DNA from: Octopus bimaculoides
Lineage: Eukaryota
Direction: 5' to 3'
DNA length: 43,884 nucleotides
Assembly (NCBI RefSeq): GCF_001194135.2
Contig: NC_068987.1
Span: forward strand, 65,798,098 to 65,841,981
Part shown: positions 37,866-43,884 of the stretch, one piece after another
How positions within the stretch are numbered: the first letter of the stretch is position 1
Layout of the letters: each line of letters opens with the position of its first letter
Notes under the pieces: model-generated
Told to the model about the DNA's origin: nothing
Seen by the model: the letters and a program-made list of their open reading frames with translations, nothing else
Databases searched by the model: none
Program-made: the position numbers and the translations under genes

Positions 37866-38591
37866 TAATGACTTGATTAATACGTATTCATCTTTCTTAC
37901 TAGCAATACTATGAAAATATTAAAGATAACATACCAGAACATTCAACTGCATTACGTGCTACATATGTGAAAAGATAAAATACTAGTTGCTACATGCAGT
38001 ATTCACAGTAAACATGGAAAGTAGAGATAAGAAAGTTAAAACGCTCTACAAACATACTTCGAGCGCTCACAAATTCCACGTTACTGAAATGAGAGAGGTT
38101 GTCACATTAAAGCACCAAAAATACAATAGATCCATCATCCAGTTTGCTAGTCTCATCTGTGCTCCTAATATTTCCATAAGTTATCGCTGCCAGTTGCAAA
38201 GCAAATAAAACAGTGCACGTGTCGATTACCTGCACAACGAAAAAAAAAAAAAAATTCTGAAAATGAATGATGTTTAACAAGCGAGGGACAGAGTTATTGT
38301 TGCAAACTCGAGCCGACGCAACTCCTGCTACTAAATGCGCAATCGCTTCAAGACAAACAGACATAACTACGGCGCGCCGGAATACTACACAAACACCATC
38401 CTTAACTTGCTATACTTCCTATTCATTGTAGACGAAAATACAATAAAGAAATACAGGCAAATATAGCAGTAACCTCTATAGTGCTTTTAACCCCAAAACA
38501 TTGAGACGCATACATCAAATAACAAATAAGGACGAGCATAAACAATTGCTTTATTTTTCAACGTATATTGCAAGAATGATAAATCTATGTA

Positions 38592-38630
<39 letters not shown>

Positions 38631-39751
38631 GAGGAAGGGAGAGAGGGATAGTGTGTGTATATATGTGTGTGTGCGCGCGCGTATGTGCGTGTATAAATCA
38701 ATAAGTCAAATCACTGATGAGTATACATTCTCATAAGTCACATTTCACCTATAAAGTTCATATTTACTTGACAGTTTATATAGATTTATAGGAATGACTA
38801 ATACATTCAGAGATGCAATAATTAAGACTGGCAGTAATTTCAGTAAATTCAATGATTCCCATCAATTTACCGTTTACCATCGGAACATATGATACATTCT
38901 GGGAGAAATAATCCTCTGGGCATATTTTTCAGCTAGTGTGTTATCTTTTCCTAATGGCAATGAGTTACTCATAAATATTTCTCATTTGAACAAATATTTC
39001 AAAAATAAAAGTAGTCGTCTTCGCAACCCTTTCACATTCCACTGTAATGCAATTTGCATCACGGCCCATAGGAATCACTGACTGATGCTTAATAAAACGC
39101 GTAAGCCAACTAAAATTTTTTTATAACTTTAAAAGAGATGGCAATGCTTAAAAAGGAGAAAGAAAAAAATATTATTGTCATTTTGTTGACGCTGACTATT
39201 TCTTTCAGATTATCATATAATTCCTTACTTGAGGCTAATGGAATTAATTCCTTACATGGTTAGGAATATGCTCGCTGAGTCGGCACGCATATAATTTATC
39301 TTTTGAGCTACAATAAATTAACATACTTATGCGATTAATATTACCGTTAAAACAGTGGAGCAGAGGAATAAGTAAACAGCCCAGTTAAATGTCTTACGGC
39401 GTTTAGCTAAGTCCCAGGATTTAAGTAATTTAATGCAGTAGTGAGAACATCATGGAAAAACTTTCGTTTTCACCACAGAAGTTATATTTTCGTTGCTGTT
39501 GTTTAAACCCCAGTCAGTTCTAAGAAAATTATTGAGCTAAGCCGTTCACACAGTGTTAATCCCTACTAATAGGTCCAGCTCCCTCGTTGTAGTCTAAAGC
39601 ATAGGAATATGTCTAGTGCGTAGCGAACTGTCAGTGGTTTCGTCTAGAAAAGAGGACTGTGTACATAGCCTTTGTCGGCCCTCCGAAGACTGATGCAGTT
39701 AACGTTCCAGTTGAACTGTAGAAAATAGCTGACTTTAGGAAAACCATACAG

Positions 39752-40074
39752 CACTGATTCCCAACGTGGGTCATATGCCCCACCGGTGGGTCTTGGGAAA
39801 ATTGAGGTAGGGGGTGGGATCCAAAGATTTCTTTCTCTTTTTTAATGGAACAAAGAATTGAGAAAATATTTTTTTCACTGCAAACATACTATACCTATAC
39901 CAATCACGCCAGTCTAGCATCCGGTATGAAGAATGATTGCTACAGTGCATGGCTATTCTAAAGCCCTAGCGTGGATATTTCAAGGATATTTCATTAGTGG
40001 ATCATACATTTTTCTGGAAAGTTATAGTGGGGCCTGGGCCTGGGTGGGGTGGTGGAATCGGTTGGGAAACACTA
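39752..40074. mobile_element. hAT (Charlie-like) MITE, 323 bp
   Basis: TIRs are CACTGATTCCCAACG and, as the reverse complement of the right end, TAGTGTTTCCCAACC (11/15 match, near CAGTGTTTCCCAACC). The flanking 8-mers CCATACAG and CCTTACAG match 7/8 with a central TA, as expected of an 8-bp hAT TSD. Confidence 0.85.
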
Positions 40075-40537
40075 CCTTACAGGAAGAGAATTTTCTAAAA
40101 CTTAGAAAAGCTACATAATGGAAAGGCAAAGAATAAAGGTAATATTTGAGCTCTTCCATAAGGTACCACAGAAGGCCCCTTATGTTTATGCTTAGAGATG
40201 GATTCCTTGTTTATCTTGTAGATAGAGTTTCAGTCCAGTTGTTTGAACATGTAAATTCATTGTTTTCTTGAAGTTATGTTGTAATGGTTGAGTATGCCAT
40301 TGACACATGTGTCCATAATGCTCTATCGGCGTGATAATGTGACAAAACTGGACCCTCCCTTTACAAGTACAATCGATACAATCCAGAGAGGTTTAGAGAT
40401 AAATGAAGAGAACAAAAGTGAGAGAAGTATCGATCCTCATTATTTTAATGGTGTGTTACTTCTATATGAAAGTGCACGACACAGTCATCCGTTTTGTTTT
40501 CTCATCGACTTTTCCTTCCTATGCTTTTTTCTTTCTA

Positions 40538-40569
40538 CTGATGAAGATTTAGCGTCCGAAACATTGTAA
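40538..40569 (+). ncRNA. Degenerate minimal hammerhead motif, probably in a PLE 3' terminal relic (~40330-40650)
   Basis: CTGATGA-A-GATTTAGCGTCC-GAAA-C-A-TT-GTAA: the core is intact, but stems II and III carry mismatches. A (TG)n/(TATC)n tract follows at 40657. Confidence 0.5.
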
Positions 40570-40656
40570 CTTCTTCCCTTTCTTATAAGTGTAAATATAA
40601 TACAGTATTTGTGAAACCTTCTACCGCCTGTGTCGTAATTTTCTTTTATATATGAA

Positions 40657-40742
40657 TGCGTGTGTGTGTGTTTGTGTATGTGCATGTGTGTGTGTTTGTG
40701 TATGTGTATGTGTGTGTGTTTGTGTACGTGTATGTGTGTGTA

Positions 40743-40782
<40 letters not shown>

Positions 40783-40812
40783 GATCGATCGATCTGTGTG
40801 TGTGTGTGTGTG
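40657..40812. repeat. (TG)n/(TATC)n compound microsatellite
   Basis: Directly visible. Confidence 0.95.
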
Positions 40813-41437
40813 TACAAATATGTCCCTGTTATTATGAATCAACATTTCAATAAACCGTAGACAGAAGTAATTCCGAAATGTTTTTGTCGTACTAAATTTT
40901 AAGTTCTAGTATTGTATGAAGTATGTTGGAAATAATTTTAAAATAGGTAAAATTTATGTACAGAATTACCAATTCTTCGAGAATAAAAATATCACTAACG
41001 AACTAAATTTTTGTACATTTTATGGACATTTTATTTTTGTTTACCGAAGTACGAAGAACCGTATTTTATAGAATTTTGAATGAAACGTTTAACTTCATTC
41101 AAATACATTACGTCGAAATTCAATTATCTTCCAAATTCATAGATACCTATTCCAGGAAAATAATTGAATATGCGATAACCATTTGCGAATTGACATATCT
41201 GAATAGCTCTAGAATACTATATCCCAGCATGTGAGGCCACTTATAGTTTTGAAATGACATAGACAGATGACAGGCTTGAAATAATTTTCGTTTTCCCCCA
41301 ATGTACATACATTTAGACCTTGAATAATTAATCGACGTTCAAGTCTTCGGTCAAATATTTGAGTTGTTCCTGGGGAATAGTATATACCTACGGAGGATTA
41401 GGGATACATCTGTATCACATACACAGAGACATATATA

Positions 41438-41560
41438 CATATGCATGCATGTATGTATGTATGTATGTATGTATGTATGTATGCATGCATGTATGTATGT
41501 ATGTATGTATGTATGTATGTATGTGTGTGCATGTATGTATGTGTGCATGTACGCATGTAT
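41438..41560. repeat. (TATG)n microsatellite
   Basis: Directly visible. Confidence 0.95.
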
Positions 41561-41849
41561 TTCTTAGTAAGTTGTTTTCTTTGCTGTTCACTAACAGAGT
41601 GGCCAGGCATTTTTGTTTAAGTCAAGACAGCCCTTGACGTTTGTGGACAGCTGAATATATTGGTGTGCAAGTGTCGATAAATTTGTGTGCTTGTATTTCC
41701 GTATTGCTTATACGCCTGCAGGTGTGCGTATTCCATATGTATATGTCATTATTGGTGTAGGCTTGTCCAAGTCAGGCAAATGACAAATCTTTGAAATGTT
41801 ATACACTTTTTTCCTCTGTATATCTAATGGATTATACTTGTAGAATTTG

Positions 41850-42900
41850 AACCAGCAAGCTCCGTTTATTGGAGGCCTTTCATTTCAAGGTTCATATGCA
41901 GATTAGTTGTTACATAGTCCGGTGCATATATGAAAATAGATATAAGTGTAAATTTGTGGCCTGGTTATGCAATATATGTTGGTTATTAGTTCTGTATGTA
42001 GTTCTTTCCCTCATGTAGTTCTTCCCGTTAAATTTACATCGGGTTGCTGTTTTATTGGAATGATACACAAACAATATCTATTTTTAAATGTGTAGACATG
42101 TTCAATTTTTGACGTGATTTTGGTATGGCTGATAAGAAACTTTTCCTGCGTGTAGCATTGTAGATGGTTTTACAGCCATTTTTGGATAGTTATTGACGAT
42201 ATTTGTGGCACCACTCTAGTGTGACATAATTGTCCCTTCCTAATTCAACGTTGAAATCTACAGGTATCCTTACTTCTCTTGCTGACCAAGGATTTAGTAA
42301 TTATATCGTGTTCCTGGGCAGAAAAGTTGTAGACTATTAGGTAAGATGTGATGCACTTAACGCAGAATCAAGAGAGGCTACTATTCAGTTCCATACTGTT
42401 GGCGTGCTATAACTTGCAGGGCATGTACTCATGCATAACTTTCTGATAGTTTAATGAGTATTTCTTCTCAAAGCCTCTGTTTAAGTTGATGGGTTCAGCA
42501 GTACAGTCAGACTATCTGTTGAGGAGTTCTTCACTTAGACACATTATGTTATTACCTATGCTGTTGAACATACATCTAATGTATTCATTCATCTCTTCAT
42601 TGTTCAGTAGATGTAAAAGTGATACAATGAAGATTTTTAGAGGCCGTCTAGATTGATCATATCATTCTACCGTTCATACCTTCGTTTCAGATAGTTCTTT
42701 TCTGTATTTCTGTTGATATGGAATTTACCTGTAGTTGTTAGTATCTTTCAAGCGCTTATGTTCAAGCTGAAGATTTCTTCAGTCGTCCAGTCTACTATCG
42801 CAAGTTTCTAGGGTTGGTACTATAAAAGCACTGTGAAATATGGCTTCCTTGAATACTGACAGCTCCAACTTCTGTAGCATTTGAACACTGTTGAATGTGC
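41850..42900 (-). mobile_element. Third, highly decayed Penelope-like relic (RT N-terminus and GIY-YIG-like region)
   Basis: Minus-strand fragments: AIVDWTTEE..LEHKRLKDTNNYR (resembles AIVxxDxxDYxxEAxRQLxDxxxY of PLE RTs), then KIEHVYTF..IVCV..GKNYMRER (endonuclease-like). Confidence 0.45.
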
Positions 42901-43675
42901 CTGTATTACTCGATATTTACTCACATTAAAACTCATGCATTGCTCTTGTCGACTCTGGGGTAGGTGTAATATTCATCACTGGTAATAGGAAAGATAGACA
43001 TGTCATTGGTATCCGTATTCCTCGGCTGGCTAACGGCCTTTACTCGTTGGGCTACAAAATATGGAGAGATATGCTAACCCACATTCAAATCTATATCCCG
43101 AGTGAAGGTTATGACTAAGTCTAATATATATTGTCTTTGAAATGTACGTATGCACGTATGTACGATGTTACATACGAATGAACGTATGTACGAATAATTC
43201 TGAATACAGATACCTATATACATACATACATACATACATACATGCGCACATACATAAACACACATGCACACCCCAACATTTACACACATTTGTTATTTGC
43301 GTTGACACAGAGTCCATGCCTGAAGGTCGCAGTTGTGTGGGACTCCTGTAACGAGACAAACTCAGTTTCATTATAAAAGAAAAAAGATCTAAATAATGAA
43401 CAAACCATAGCCTCTACTACTTCTATGGAGCACTCGTTCTTTTTCGTCGTGTATGTATGTATATATGTCTAGTATCTCTTATTTCTTTCAGTGAATGGAC
43501 TGCGGTCATGGCGGAACGCTACATTGAAAGTTTTAGTCTAACAAATAGACACCAGTACTTTTTAAGCACAGTACATAAGTAAATCCTATTCCTGAACCAT
43601 TAAGTTACTGAGACGTAACCAAAGTAACACTGATTGTCAAGCAGTTGTGGACGACAAATCAATACATACGCATAT

Positions 43676-43840
43676 GTATTTATGTATGTATGCATGTATG
43701 TATGTATGTATGTATGTATGTATGTATGTATGTATGTATGTATGCATGCATGTATGTATGCATGCATGTATGTATGTATGTATGTATGTATGTATGCATG
43801 TATGTGTGTATATATATATATATCCATATATATACACACA

Positions 43841-43884
<44 letters not shown>
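43676..43884. repeat. (TATG)n/(TA)n/(TATC)n compound microsatellite
   Basis: Directly visible. Confidence 0.95.

Noticed and set aside
38714-38745. CTGATGAG motif
   Set aside because: It is followed by ATAA rather than GAAA and has no pairing stems.

Overview
This is AT-rich, repeat-dense eukaryotic (animal) scaffold sequence, not prokaryotic. It has six N-gaps, most abutting microsatellites. The SINE and microsatellite landscape resembles an octopus/coleoid cephalopod genome, which is my inference from recall and has not been checked against a database. I cannot identify any intact host protein-coding gene: most ORFs in the track are artefacts of microsatellites, N-runs or decayed transposons. 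Supported content: a near-full-length mariner (DD34D) pseudogene, a Tc1-type transposase relic, and a Tigger-like MITE whose interior is (TA)n. Also present are a hAT MITE with an 8-bp TSD, at least three Penelope-like retroelement (PLE) coding relics, and two tRNA-type SINE families including a head-to-tail array of four copies. The most interesting signals are (i) a structurally complete minimal hammerhead ribozyme next to an (ATT)n tract, plus two degenerate hammerheads of different sequence at PLE-like ends, (ii) a 208-bp, ~96% identical inverted repeat around a 1.28-kb spacer, (iii) a 111-bp local segment duplicated inside a SINE, and (iv) weak candidate exon chains on both strands.
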